Part shown: positions 17,983 through 27,114 of the stretch, in pieces
Numbering within the stretch: the stretch's first letter is position 1
Layout: each line of letters begins with the position of its first letter
DNA from: an uncultured Gammaproteobacteria bacterium
GTDB lineage: Bacteria > Patescibacteriota > Patescibacteriia > SBBC01 > CAIJZX01
Direction of reading: 5' to 3'
DNA length: 64,000 nucleotides
Assembly (NCBI GenBank): GCA_964397195.1
Contig: CAYNGY010000002.1
Span: forward strand, 37,239-101,238
Notes under the pieces: generated by a model
The model's input: only the letters and a program-made list of their open reading frames with translations
Told to the model about the DNA's origin: nothing
Database searches by the model: none
Translations under genes and position numbers: made by a program

Positions 17983-18164
17983 GGTGCACTCCTTGTGTGT
18001 CGGTCCGTGCTACGGGAGTAGAACGGTGCTCCTGCCTCAAGCCTAGGCTCGTTTCGCGGTATCGTCAAGGATACTTTCGGTATGTGGAAAACTGGTATTT
18101 ACGGTTCGGTTATTATTCCCCGGCTCGCGGGCCGGGGCAGGCTAAACCTTAGAAAATCAGGGTC

Positions 18165-18194
18165 TTGACGCTTCGGTTATTATTCGGGTATCAT
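18165..18194 (+). promoter_or_regulatory. putative recA promoter (TTGACG-N18-TATCAT), overlapped by the second copy of a 15-nt direct repeat
   Basis: -35 TTGACG at 18165-18170 and -10 TATCAT at 18189-18194. The repeat TTCGGTTATTATTCS occurs at 18105-18119 and 18172-18186. Confidence 0.45.
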
Positions 18195-18260
18195 ATATAT
18201 ATTAGTCCCGACTGAGCCCGATAGTGGCTAGACGGAGACACTAACCGAAAGGAAAAACAT

Positions 18261-19364
18261 ATGGCCAAAGGCCACAAGGCGTCCGCTTCTTCACCGGCGG
18301 GCAAGGAAAAAAATGATGCCGCGTTAGCCGCGATCGAGCGGATTCGCGAGCGCTTTGGTGAGGGATCGATCATGAAGTTCAGTGAAGCCCGGGCGACTGA
18401 TGTCGATGTCGTCAGTACGGGTTGCTTGTCGTTAGATCTGGCGTTGGGTGTTGGTGGTGTGCCACGCGGACGGATTATTGAAATCTTTGGACCGGAAGCG
18501 TCGGGAAAAACAACACTCGCACAGCATATCGTAGCCGAGGTACAGAAGGCGGGTGGGACGGCGGCCTTCGTTGACGCCGAACATGCGCTTGATCCAAGCT
18601 ATGCCAAGAAAATTGGGGTGAATGTCGATGATCTTTTGATCTCACAGCCAGATTCCGGCGAGCAGGCTCTGGAGATTGTCGAAACCTTGGTGCGATCGAA
18701 CGCCGTGGACGTGGTGGTTGTTGACTCGGTGGCGGCGTTAACGCCAAAAGCGGAAATTGAAGGTGAGATGGGCGACTCACACATGGGTCTGCAAGCGCGG
18801 CTGATGTCGCAGGCGTTACGGAAGCTGACGGCCATTGTGTCCAAAACACGAACGATCATTATCTTCATCAACCAGACGCGCATGAAGATCGGTGTCTTCT
18901 TCGGAAATCCGGAAACCACGACCGGTGGGACGGCCTTGAAGTTCTACTGTTCGGTCCGAATTGAAGTTCGCCGCATTGGTCAGCTGAAACAGGGTGACAA
19001 GATTGTCGGGAACCGGACGAAAGCAAAAGTGGTGAAGAATAAAGTCGCCGCGCCGTTCCGCCAAGCCGAATTCGATATCATGTACAATCAAGGGATCTCG
19101 CTGGTCGGTGACGTGCTTGATACGGGATTGCTCTACGGTGTTTTGCAGAAGTCCGGAAACACCGTCAGCTTTGGAGAAACGAAGTTTGGTGTTGGCCGTG
19201 AGGCGTGCAAGCAGTATTTGCAAGACAACGCCAAGGTGATTAACGAGATTCGAGAGGCGGTCTTGAGGGTAGCTAAGGAGCGCCAGGCCGAAGACGACCT
19301 GTCCGGCCGTGCGCCGAGCGTGCCCGAACCGGAGGCGGCGGCTGAGGCACCGGTGACGGAATAG
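18261..19364 (+). CDS. recA: recombinase RecA
   Basis: Walker [10 protein letters not shown] and a classic RecA core ([23 protein letters not shown]). Confidence 0.96.
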   Translation: MAKGHKASASSPAGKEKNDAALAAIERIRERFGEGSIMKFSEARATDVDVVSTGCLSLDLALGVGGVPRGRIIEIFGPEASGKTTLAQHIVAEVQKAGGTAAFVDAEHALDPSYAKKIGVNVDDLLISQPDSGEQALEIVETLVRSNAVDVVVVDSVAALTPKAEIEGEMGDSHMGLQARLMSQALRKLTAIVSKTRTIIIFINQTRMKIGVFFGNPETTTGGTALKFYCSVRIEVRRIGQLKQGDKIVGNRTKAKVVKNKVAAPFRQAEFDIMYNQGISLVGDVLDTGLLYGVLQKSGNTVSFGETKFGVGREACKQYLQDNAKVINEIREAVLRVAKERQAEDDLSGRAPSVPEPEAAAEAPVTE

Positions 19365-19370
19365 TCAGAA

Positions 19371-19402
19371 ACAAAAACGACGGCCAAGCGGCCGTCGTTT
19401 TA
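19371..19402. terminator. bidirectional rho-independent terminator between recA (+) and efp (-)
   Basis: AAAAACGACGGCC-aagc-GGCCGTCGTTTT. A 9-bp GC-rich stem flanked by an A-run and a T-run. Confidence 0.7.
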
Positions 19403-19414
19403 GATTATTCGGCA

Positions 19415-19978
19415 TTACTCGGCCGCTCGTTCTGCGTACTCGCCGGTTTCAGTATTGATACGAATGACCTCGCCCTGTTTGATAAAGGCTGGAACCTTGA
19501 TCGTCACACCGGTTTCCATTTTCGCCTCTTTCAGGACATTCCCGGTGGTGTCACCGCGAACCACGTCGGATGTTTCGACTACCTGCAGATCAACCTTTTT
19601 TGGGAGTTCAACGGTGATGGGTTTGCCCTCGAAGTTTACCAGCTGGTATTCTTGGCCGTCTTTCATGTAGTGCAGCTGTTCTTCACACATGTCTTTGGGC
19701 AAGGTGATTTGTTCGTATGATTCGTTATCCATGAAGTGGACACCAGTTTCGTCGCTGTACAAATAACTCGCTTTAGAACGGGCGACATCCGCTTCTTCGA
19801 TTTTGTCGCCGTGCTTAAATGTTTGCTCGAGAATCCCACCCGTTATCAAGTTCTTGAGCTTGGTACGGCGAACCGGTTTGCGCTGTGCGGTGCGCATGAA
19901 ATCTGACCACAGACAGATATACGGTTGGCCGTTCATTTTGACGAGCGTTCCCACTCGAATATCATTCATGTCCATCAT
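19415..19978 (-). CDS. efp: elongation factor P
   Basis: 187-aa ORF with EF-P architecture (N-terminal KOW-like ...GQPYICLW..., conserved loop ...KNLITGGILEQTFKHGDK...). Confidence 0.9.
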   Translation of the reverse strand: MMDMNDIRVGTLVKMNGQPYICLWSDFMRTAQRKPVRRTKLKNLITGGILEQTFKHGDKIEEADVARSKASYLYSDETGVHFMDNESYEQITLPKDMCEEQLHYMKDGQEYQLVNFEGKPITVELPKKVDLQVVETSDVVRGDTTGNVLKEAKMETGVTIKVPAFIKQGEVIRINTETGEYAERAAE

Positions 19979-19996
19979 ACGCCGAGAGGTGGGGGA

Positions 19997-20230
19997 TTAG
20001 AGAACGACGAACGGCAGAATAGCCATAATTCGGGCGCGTTTGACCGATTGGGTCACAATGCGCTGGTGTTTGAGGCAGGTACCACTCCGACGACGCGGGA
20101 GAATTTTTCCGTAGGCCGATACAAAGCGCTGCATCAGACGAGCATCTTTATAGTCGAGTTCGTCGAGCGCATTTTGACACAGGTAGCAGCTCCGTTCACG
20201 AACGATGACTTGAGGTTTCTGGCGTTGCAT
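19997..20230 (-). CDS. rpsR: 30S ribosomal protein S18
   Basis: 77-aa ORF CYLCQNALDELDYKDARLMQRFVSAYGKILPRRRSGTCLKHQR, which is the S18 signature. Confidence 0.9.
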   Translation of the reverse strand: MQRQKPQVIVRERSCYLCQNALDELDYKDARLMQRFVSAYGKILPRRRSGTCLKHQRIVTQSVKRARIMAILPFVVL

Positions 20231-20232
20231 AC

Positions 20233-20673
20233 TTAGAAGGGGATATCATCAATGTTAATCTCAGCTTCGGTCGGCGTCTCGTCGGCCTTGGCTTCGGCAG
20301 GGGCAGCCGCTTCGGCTGGTGGGGCGCCGGCGCTGCCTTTGGCGTCAAGCAGGATGACGCTCTCAGCGATAATTTCAGTCCGATACTTTTTTTGTCCGCT
20401 TGGGTCATCCCATGAACGGGTTTGCAAGCGTCCTTCGGCATAGACTTTCGAACCTTTGCGGCAATAGGTGCTGACGGTTTGGGCAAGTTGGGCCCATGCG
20501 ACGACGTTGTGAAACTCGGTCGCTTCTCGCATTTCATTCGTTTGCTTGTCTTTCCAGCGGCGGGAGGTGGCAATGGAGAATGAAACGACGGTTTGGCCGG
20601 ATGGTGTGGTACGGCTCTCTGGATCGCGGGTGATGTTCCCGAGAACCATGGCGCGGTTGAGGCTAAATCCCAT
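20233..20673 (-). CDS. ssb: single-stranded DNA-binding protein
   Basis: OB-fold core (NRAMVLGNITRDPE...) and acidic C-terminal tail ending DDIPF. Confidence 0.9.
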   Translation of the reverse strand: MGFSLNRAMVLGNITRDPESRTTPSGQTVVSFSIATSRRWKDKQTNEMREATEFHNVVAWAQLAQTVSTYCRKGSKVYAEGRLQTRSWDDPSGQKKYRTEIIAESVILLDAKGSAGAPPAEAAAPAEAKADETPTEAEINIDDIPF

Positions 20674-20693
20674 AGAGGTGTATCGCTAAGGAA

Positions 20694-21197
20694 TTAAATA
20701 TCGACCTGTTTAGACTCGAAGATTTGTTCGAGTTTCTCATCGAGCTTCTGCTTCTCGACTGGGGCAGATTCTTCCGCTGTTGGTGTACTCACTGGGACCG
20801 GAGACTCGGCGGCTACGGACTCAGCCTGTTCTTTCTCACGGGCCGCTTCGCGCTTGGCCGCAATTTTTTCGCGGAGCGCAATTTCGGCGGCGAGCTCCTC
20901 AGGTGTTTTGACGCGCTTGCTGACAATCTGATGTCGTAAGACGGACTCGTGTAAGCGAAGGGTCGTATCGAGCTTCGCGAGGGATGTCCCTTCAATATCA
21001 AACTCGGTCAGATCGTAATATCCATGGCGGATATGTTTAATTTCGTAGGCGAGCTTTCGCTTGCCCCAAAATTCATGCAGGGTGATATTTGCGCCCTGTT
21101 GCTTCAGGACTTCCTGAAGGGTATTGACGGTTGCCTGGGCCTCTTCCTCGGTTTGGGTGCCGGGGTAGATAGCCAGCAATTCGTAGTGTTCAATCAT
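20694..21197 (-). CDS. rpsF: 30S ribosomal protein S6 (with C-terminal acidic extension)
   Basis: N-terminal MIEHYELLAIYPGTQTEEEAQATVNTLQEVLKQQGANITLHEFWGKRKLAYEI is S6-like. It heads an rpsF-ssb-rpsR operon. Confidence 0.85.
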   Translation of the reverse strand: MIEHYELLAIYPGTQTEEEAQATVNTLQEVLKQQGANITLHEFWGKRKLAYEIKHIRHGYYDLTEFDIEGTSLAKLDTTLRLHESVLRHQIVSKRVKTPEELAAEIALREKIAAKREAAREKEQAESVAAESPVPVSTPTAEESAPVEKQKLDEKLEQIFESKQVDI

Positions 21198-21363
21198 AGA
21201 CGGTAGTGTCAGTCTGGTGATCTAGGAATAAAAAAGCGATGAACGCGCGGATCCCGAAAAAATTGGATTTCGGGAGTCCCGATTCGACGATCGAGACACA
21301 TTGCATCGAGCCGGTCAACCCTATCATACCGATAAAAAACGTGCAAGTTTGGCCGAAAACAGC

Positions 21364-21378
21364 TATACTGCGCCCATG
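21364..21378 (+). promoter_or_regulatory. -10 element TATACT placed 6 nt before the ATG, suggesting a leaderless mRNA for the methyltransferase gene
   Basis: TATACT at 21364-21369, then gcgccc, then ATG at 21376. No SD is possible. Confidence 0.4.
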
Positions 21379-22596
21379 AGTCAACGCTATCTTGTCGCGA
21401 TCGGTCGTGAACCGGAGCTTTCTATCGCCGAGTTGGAATCTCTTTTTCTGCCGCACGGAACCGTCGAAGCCTTAACGCCGGAAGTCGTTTTGGTTCAAAC
21501 AACCCGCGTCCTTGAACCCACGTTTCTTGATCGATTAGGGGGAGCGATCAAGTTGGCGACGGTGGTGGAGGATTTCGTGGGGCGCGATCCATTTGGCGAA
21601 CTGGCGCCTTGGCTGACATCGGCTTCCTTTGCCGAACTGCTCCAGCCAGAGGCTCGCGATATCGGATTTAGTATGTATGGAGCTACGCAGCGAATGAAGT
21701 CGCGGTTTACGGCTCTGACCTTTGAAACCAAGAAGGCCTTGCAGGCCGCGGGACGTCGGGTCCGTATTGTCACCTCACGTGAACCAACACTGTCAGCTGT
21801 GACCGTTCATCGTCAGGGGCTCTTGAAGCATGGTCATGAATTTTTGATTGTTGTGGCGAACGAACGATGTTATGTTGGCCGGACCATTGCCGTCCAAGAC
21901 TATCAATCATATAGTGTCCGTGATTATGGACGTCCAGCGGCTGACCCGCGCCGCGGCATGATCCCGCCGAAACTAGCCCAGATGATGCTCAATATCGCCC
22001 GGGTCACGCCGGAAGATGTTATTGCGGATCCATTTTGTGGGGTCGGAACTATTCTCCAAGAAGCGGCCTTGATGGGGGTGCGCGAACTCCATGGAAGCGA
22101 CATCGATCTGGAAGCAATTAAAGCGGCCCAGGAAAACATGCGCTGGCTGGTTAAGGAGTACCCGCAGTTACACTTGAATGTCGAGATTACCCGTCGCGAT
22201 GCGCGCCAGATGAATGCGCGACCGACGGTGATTGTGACGGAACCTGATCTCGGACGGCCCCTGCGTGGTCATGAGCCGCGGAGTTTTTTACAGCATGAGG
22301 CGCAACGACTGGAGCAATTGTATGCCGAAGCGTTTACAGCTTGGAGCCGCGCCATGCCGGTGGGTGGGCGCGTGGTCATGGTGTGGCCGCAAATGGTGGT
22401 TGGGGATGAAGTAGTCGATATTGATCTCCGACGTCACGTTGACCAATGCGGGTTTGTTCAGCAGTCATTGATCAGTCAGCCGAATGCGACGCAGTTTCGC
22501 GTCCATGATCGTTCCGTCTTGACCTACGCCCGTGAACAGGCAAAAGTTCGCCGGTGTATTCGGTGGTGGGTGAAGATGCGCTCGGTGACGATCTAG
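21376..22596 (+). CDS. SAM-dependent RNA methyltransferase (THUMP/Trm11-RlmL-like, probably guanine-N2)
   Basis: Motif I DPFCGVGTILQEAAL (the DPxCGSGT class of N2-G/N6-A RNA methyltransferases). The N-terminal region looks like a THUMP or ferredoxin-like domain. Start taken at MSQRYLVAIG, not at the longer track ORF start of 21301. Confidence 0.65.
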   Translation: MSQRYLVAIGREPELSIAELESLFLPHGTVEALTPEVVLVQTTRVLEPTFLDRLGGAIKLATVVEDFVGRDPFGELAPWLTSASFAELLQPEARDIGFSMYGATQRMKSRFTALTFETKKALQAAGRRVRIVTSREPTLSAVTVHRQGLLKHGHEFLIVVANERCYVGRTIAVQDYQSYSVRDYGRPAADPRRGMIPPKLAQMMLNIARVTPEDVIADPFCGVGTILQEAALMGVRELHGSDIDLEAIKAAQENMRWLVKEYPQLHLNVEITRRDARQMNARPTVIVTEPDLGRPLRGHEPRSFLQHEAQRLEQLYAEAFTAWSRAMPVGGRVVMVWPQMVVGDEVVDIDLRRHVDQCGFVQQSLISQPNATQFRVHDRSVLTYAREQAKVRRCIRWWVKMRSVTI

Positions 22597-23672
22597 ACGT
22601 TGACGCGGAAAAAGACGACGTCGCCATCTTGCATGACGTACTCTTTGCCTTCAATGCGTAATTGGCCGGAGTCCCGTGATGCGTCCCATGAGCCAGCTTG
22701 CCGTAGAACATCATAGGTCACAATCTCGGCGCGAATAAAGTGTTTTTCAAAATCGGTATGAATGACGGCCGCGGCCTGTGGTGCTTTCGTGCCACTGGTC
22801 ACAGTCCAGGCGCGTGTTTCATCGGCGCCGGTGGTCAAAAAGGTGATCAGGTTGAGGGCTCGATAGGCCATGGTAATTAGCCGGTTGAGGCCAGACTCGG
22901 GTAGGCCAAGGTCGCGCAGATAGGCGGTGGCGTCTTCTGGCCCGAGGTCGACGAGTTCTTGTTCGACTTTGACGGCGACGACGATGGTTCGGTCAGGCGG
23001 CAGGTCGTGTTCGGCAGCGTTGGCCGTGGCCACTTGGTCCTCGCTCACGTTGAGCACATACAATAACGGTTTCAGGGTCAAGAGGCCGAGTGACTTGATA
23101 GTAAATTGCTCGTCGACTGTTAGGGCGAGGTCACGCGCGGCGTGTCCTTCGGCGAGGTGGCGATGGAGGCGTTGGAGTAACTCGAGTTCGACGCCTTGTT
23201 CCTTCGTTAGCCCGGCTTTTTTTGCTCGTTCGAGCGTTTCGACTCGTTTTTCGACGACTGTTAAGTCGGCCATCGCCAACTCGATATCAATGGTGGCGCT
23301 GTCGTTTTTTGGGTCCACTTTCCCAGCAACATGAATAACGTTTGGGTCGTCGAAGGCGCGAACCACCTCGGCGATGGCGTCGACTTCACGGATATTCGCT
23401 AAAAACTTGTTACCGAGCCCCTCACCTTGGTGCGCGCCTTTGACGAGGCCGGCAATGTCGACGAATTCGATCGTTGTTGGGACGGTTTTCGCTGAGGCAT
23501 GCATCTTCGTCAGCGTCTCGAGGCGTGGATCGGGGACAGCGACTACGCCAACGTTTGGGTCAATTGTGGCGAACGGATAATTTGCGACGTCAACCTGTTT
23601 TTTTGTCAGGATTTGGAAAAGAGATGATTTTCCGACGTTCGGCAGGCCAACGATACCAATTTGGAATGACAT
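22593..23672 (-). CDS. ychF: ribosome-binding ATPase YchF (Obg-family GTPase)
   Basis: G1 motif GIVGLPNVGKSSLF, a TGS-like C-terminal region, and an ending ...DGDVVFFRVNV typical of YchF. Confidence 0.9.
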   Translation of the reverse strand: MSFQIGIVGLPNVGKSSLFQILTKKQVDVANYPFATIDPNVGVVAVPDPRLETLTKMHASAKTVPTTIEFVDIAGLVKGAHQGEGLGNKFLANIREVDAIAEVVRAFDDPNVIHVAGKVDPKNDSATIDIELAMADLTVVEKRVETLERAKKAGLTKEQGVELELLQRLHRHLAEGHAARDLALTVDEQFTIKSLGLLTLKPLLYVLNVSEDQVATANAAEHDLPPDRTIVVAVKVEQELVDLGPEDATAYLRDLGLPESGLNRLITMAYRALNLITFLTTGADETRAWTVTSGTKAPQAAAVIHTDFEKHFIRAEIVTYDVLRQAGSWDASRDSGQLRIEGKEYVMQDGDVVFFRVNV

Positions 23673-23919
23673 ATATATAGATTTGGGAGATCAAGTGTGC
23701 CACCACGCATCATCGATGTAGGCGGAAACGTGACAAATCAAGTTCGTGCCTATCCTAGCATGGCTGCTTTTCCACTGTCGATACCTAGACAAACGTTAGG
23801 TCGCGGGTGTAGCGTTATGAGGTCCACTCGACGTTTTTCACGTTTTGGAGGGCCCGATAACGCACCTTGGTTCAAGTGTCCACCGGATTGGCACTTACGT
23901 CATGCGTCAGGGAGACGGT

Positions 23920-24153
23920 ATGGCACGTGTCCATGAACTCTTTGCAGAGTTGCAGACGGAGGTGATCGACGAGGTTGGTCGTCCATTCGCCCAGCAACTT
24001 CTGGATGAAGCGCAGGCGGCGCTGGAGAAGGAACGGTGGAAAGAATTCCACCATCACATCGACCAGCTCGAATCCGAACTCGCCGAACGTGAGATTCCCG
24101 GCAGCTCGACCTGTATCGACATCCTCAACCACTTCGCGGTGGTGGCGGCCTAA
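23920..24153 (+). CDS. hypothetical small acidic helical protein (77 aa)
   Basis: Start at ATG 23920 with SD GGGAGA 5 nt upstream. It is followed by a hairpin and T-run shared with the convergent folD gene. Confidence 0.4.
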   Translation: MARVHELFAELQTEVIDEVGRPFAQQLLDEAQAALEKERWKEFHHHIDQLESELAEREIPGSSTCIDILNHFAVVAA

Positions 24154-24163
24154 CCAGCCGCCT

Positions 24164-24949
24164 CTATTTTTTTGTGACGAGATTTTGGAGTAAGAAGGCG
24201 ATGGTCAGCGGCCCAACTCCACCCGGGACAGGACTGACGGCTCGGATGTCAGTGTAGACACGGGCATCGACATCACCGTGAACGCGACCCTCACGAGTTC
24301 GGATGCCGCCATCAACCACAACTGATTGTGGGGAGAGGTGTTCGGGTCGGAGCATCGGGCCGCGACCGCGGAATGTAATGATGGCCCCGGCGTTTTTACT
24401 GCTGGGAGGGATTCGGCGATGTGCGGTGTCTGTTTGGACACGGAATCGATGCTGTTGAAGCAGACTAACAAAACGTTGGCGAAGCGGTGAGGGGTTCGCG
24501 AGGAGCAGGCATGTTTTTTTTAACGGGCGACCGGCGAGAAGACAGTATTCCATGGCCCGAAGAAATGGCGGCGCGAATGATGAGTCTGCCCGCAGGCCGT
24601 CGATATCTTGGGCTGGTGGGATGGCCTGGATGACCGCCGCGGTTTCGAGGTGAGATGGAAGTGGTAATTGGAGGAGCAGACCTGCATCTGGATGAGCGAC
24701 GGCAAGTTTCCGGATCGTTGCCGTTAAAGTCTTTTGGGCGACCCGGGCGGAGACACGAACCGATTTTGTACGCAGCCCGATGCTGGTGGCGGCTCGCTCT
24801 TTCATGGTGACGTATAACTCTGAGTCTGGTCGATTACCGACGATGATTGTTATCAGGAATGGCTTGTGCGGTCGTAAGACGACTCGCTTTTTGAGTCGAG
24901 CCAGTATCGTATGTGCGGCGTGTCGTCCGTCAATAATGTTCGTTTTCAT
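24164..24949 (-). CDS. folD: bifunctional methylenetetrahydrofolate dehydrogenase/cyclohydrolase (FolD-like, divergent)
   Basis: MKTNIIDGRHAAHTIL... N-terminus and the C-terminal PVPGGVGPLTIAFLLQN signature. Overlaps the glyA stop by 4 nt. Confidence 0.7.
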   Translation of the reverse strand: MKTNIIDGRHAAHTILARLKKRVVLRPHKPFLITIIVGNRPDSELYVTMKERAATSIGLRTKSVRVSARVAQKTLTATIRKLAVAHPDAGLLLQLPLPSHLETAAVIQAIPPAQDIDGLRADSSFAPPFLRAMEYCLLAGRPLKKTCLLLANPSPLRQRFVSLLQQHRFRVQTDTAHRRIPPSSKNAGAIITFRGRGPMLRPEHLSPQSVVVDGGIRTREGRVHGDVDARVYTDIRAVSPVPGGVGPLTIAFLLQNLVTKK

Positions 24950-26181
24950 ACACGGCGATGCGGATAGATCGGGCGTTTTTTGGCCAGAGCCAGCACATCA
25001 GCCCGTAGTTTTTTTGTTTGGAGCGGCGTTGATGCCGTGAGCGCACTGACGATAATGCGGCTGAGGCGTGCTGTGTCGCGGATGGTAAATCCGCGAGTGG
25101 AGATACCGGGCGTACCGAGCCGGAGCCCCGACGGGTCGCGCGGCGGGCGCGGGTCGTTGGCGATGACGTTCTTATTGGCAATGATCCCAACTCGCTCTAA
25201 ACGGCGTTCGGCTTCCAATCCGCTCATCCCCAGTGGCGTGACATCGACGAGTAACAGGTGGGTGTCGGTGCCGCCACTGGAAAGCCGCAGGCCGGCGGCA
25301 ATCAAAACCCGTTCCATGGTTTTGGCATTTGCTAGGACTAGCCGTTGGTATCGGCGGAAGGCCGGGGTAGCGGCCTCGGCGAACGCCTGAGCTTTGGCGG
25401 CAATTTGTTGATCGAGTGGGCCACCTTGGATGCCCGGCATGACGGCTCGGTCGAGAGCGGGGCCAAACTCTTTTTTGGCGAGGATGACCGCGCCACGCGG
25501 CCCGCGAAGTGTTTTGTGCGTAGTGAACGTGACCACGTCGGCGCTCGGGAATGGACTCGGCAGGAGCTTCGCGGCGACTAACCCCGCGGTGTGGGCAATA
25601 TCGGCGAGATGGAGTGCTCCAACCGCGCGGGCGATGCGTCCAATTTTGGCGAAATGAATTTGTCGCGGGTACGATGATGCTCCGGAGACGATGAGTTTTG
25701 GTTTCCACGTCCTTGCCAGACGAGCGATGGCTCGATAATCAATCTGTCCTGTCTCGGTTAGGCCATAGTGTTTGAATCTGTACAGCTGGCCAGAAATATT
25801 TCGAGAAAACCCGTGAGTCAGGTGGCCGCCGGATCGAAGATCCATGGCGAGCACGCGATCGCCGGGCTTGAGGAGGGCGGCGTAGACTGCCAAATTAGCA
25901 ATGGCCCCGGCATGCGGTTGGACATTGGCGTATTCCGCCCGGAAAAGTTTTCGGACACGAGAAATCGCGAGACGTTCAATAGCGTCAATCTGCTCGTTGC
26001 CGCCATAGTAGCGGTTTCCCGGGTATCCCTCGGAGTATTTATTGGTCAGGACGGATCCGGAAATATCGAGTACTGCTTCGGAGGCAATATTTTCCGACGG
26101 AATAAGCGAAATAGTTTCTTGTTGACGACGGAGCTCAGTCGTCAGGATGCGTTTCAGTTGCGGGTCAATTGATGTTGGCAT
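24946..26181 (-). CDS. glyA: serine hydroxymethyltransferase
   Basis: SGGHLTHG and PLP-lysine region TTHKTLRGPRGAVI. Confidence 0.95.
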   Translation of the reverse strand: MPTSIDPQLKRILTTELRRQQETISLIPSENIASEAVLDISGSVLTNKYSEGYPGNRYYGGNEQIDAIERLAISRVRKLFRAEYANVQPHAGAIANLAVYAALLKPGDRVLAMDLRSGGHLTHGFSRNISGQLYRFKHYGLTETGQIDYRAIARLARTWKPKLIVSGASSYPRQIHFAKIGRIARAVGALHLADIAHTAGLVAAKLLPSPFPSADVVTFTTHKTLRGPRGAVILAKKEFGPALDRAVMPGIQGGPLDQQIAAKAQAFAEAATPAFRRYQRLVLANAKTMERVLIAAGLRLSSGGTDTHLLLVDVTPLGMSGLEAERRLERVGIIANKNVIANDPRPPRDPSGLRLGTPGISTRGFTIRDTARLSRIIVSALTASTPLQTKKLRADVLALAKKRPIYPHRRV

Positions 26182-27031
26182 GGGAACGTCGTGAACGGAT
26201 AATCCAGAGACTTGCGGCGAGGATGATGACGATGGCGCTCGTTACCAGCGGCAAGCGCAGACCGAAGAGTATTGGGACACGATCAATTCGAAGTGACTCG
26301 ACGCCCATGCGGAGGAAGGAGTAAAGGATGAAATACATGAGCGCAATGCTACCAGGTTGGAACCATCGAGTGGTCGGGCTTGATGCCTGCGATCGCCGAT
26401 TCCAAACGGTGCGGAGCATAAAGAAAATGACGACACAGCCGATCGACTCATACAGGAAGGTGGGGTGATAAAAGGCGACCTGTTCGTAGCCGGGTAATCG
26501 GTGCGGCGGATCGATAAGTAATTTCCAGGCCATATTCGTTGGTCGGCCGTACAGTTCTTGGTTAAAGAAGTTGCCCCAACGGCCGATGGCTTGTCCAAGC
26601 GGTATGCTCAGGGCGATGAGATCGAGGATGGTCCAGGTGTTCAACTGTTTTCGCCGTGACATGTACCAGGCGACAAGAAGCCCGGCAATCATGGCGCCGT
26701 GAATAGCTAATCCGCCATTCCAGACTTGCAATATGCGCCACGGGTGTTGGGCGTAGAAGGTCCACTCATTCGTGACATGATACAGACGCGCACCAATGAA
26801 TCCGCTGACGATGAGGACGATGAACAGGTCGGTTACCCACGGTGCGGCGAGGTTGGCTTTTCGGCCATATTTCCGAAGTATGCCATAACCGATTAGCGCT
26901 CCGAGGGCCATGAGGATGCCATACCAGTGGATTTGGAAAGGCCCACTGGCCATAAAGACGGACGGCGGTGTCCAGGTCGAGAGAAACATCACCGAAGAGT
27001 ATACCACACCATTCGCCAAGCGTTTTGGCAA
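26165..27031 (-). CDS. lgt: prolipoprotein diacylglyceryl transferase
   Basis: Multi-TM protein with Lgt signature GRWGNFFNQELYG and N-terminal HWYGILMALGALIGY. Its 3' end overlaps the glyA start by 17 nt. Confidence 0.85.
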   Translation of the reverse strand: MPKRLANGVVYSSVMFLSTWTPPSVFMASGPFQIHWYGILMALGALIGYGILRKYGRKANLAAPWVTDLFIVLIVSGFIGARLYHVTNEWTFYAQHPWRILQVWNGGLAIHGAMIAGLLVAWYMSRRKQLNTWTILDLIALSIPLGQAIGRWGNFFNQELYGRPTNMAWKLLIDPPHRLPGYEQVAFYHPTFLYESIGCVVIFFMLRTVWNRRSQASSPTTRWFQPGSIALMYFILYSFLRMGVESLRIDRVPILFGLRLPLVTSAIVIILAASLWIIRSRRSHANIN

Positions 27032-27114
27032 GTGGTACTATACGAACTGTAACCCCGTTCGACTCCATATATAGGAGGGAAGTATCAAATGCCGGGCGGG
27101 CGGAAACTGACACC

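Larger units (their letters stand above)
12450..18000 (-). other. putative horizontally acquired island: minus-strand gene block with much higher third-position G/C than the flanking rpoBC/ftsK/recA genes
   Basis: By eye, codons in 12560-17982 end almost always in G or C (ATC, GTC, CTG, GGC, ACC and so on), unlike the flanking core genes. Nearly every gene here has a canonical GGAGG-type SD. Eleven ORFs on one strand are punctuated by long perfect inverted repeats. Boundaries are approximate. Confidence 0.5.

Noticed and set aside
23673-23919. About 250-nt intergenic region examined for a tRNA or sRNA (GGTTCAAGTG resembles a T-loop)
   Set aside because: No acceptor or anticodon arms could be built around it. 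The overlapping ORF 23697-23936 has no start context. Left unannotated.
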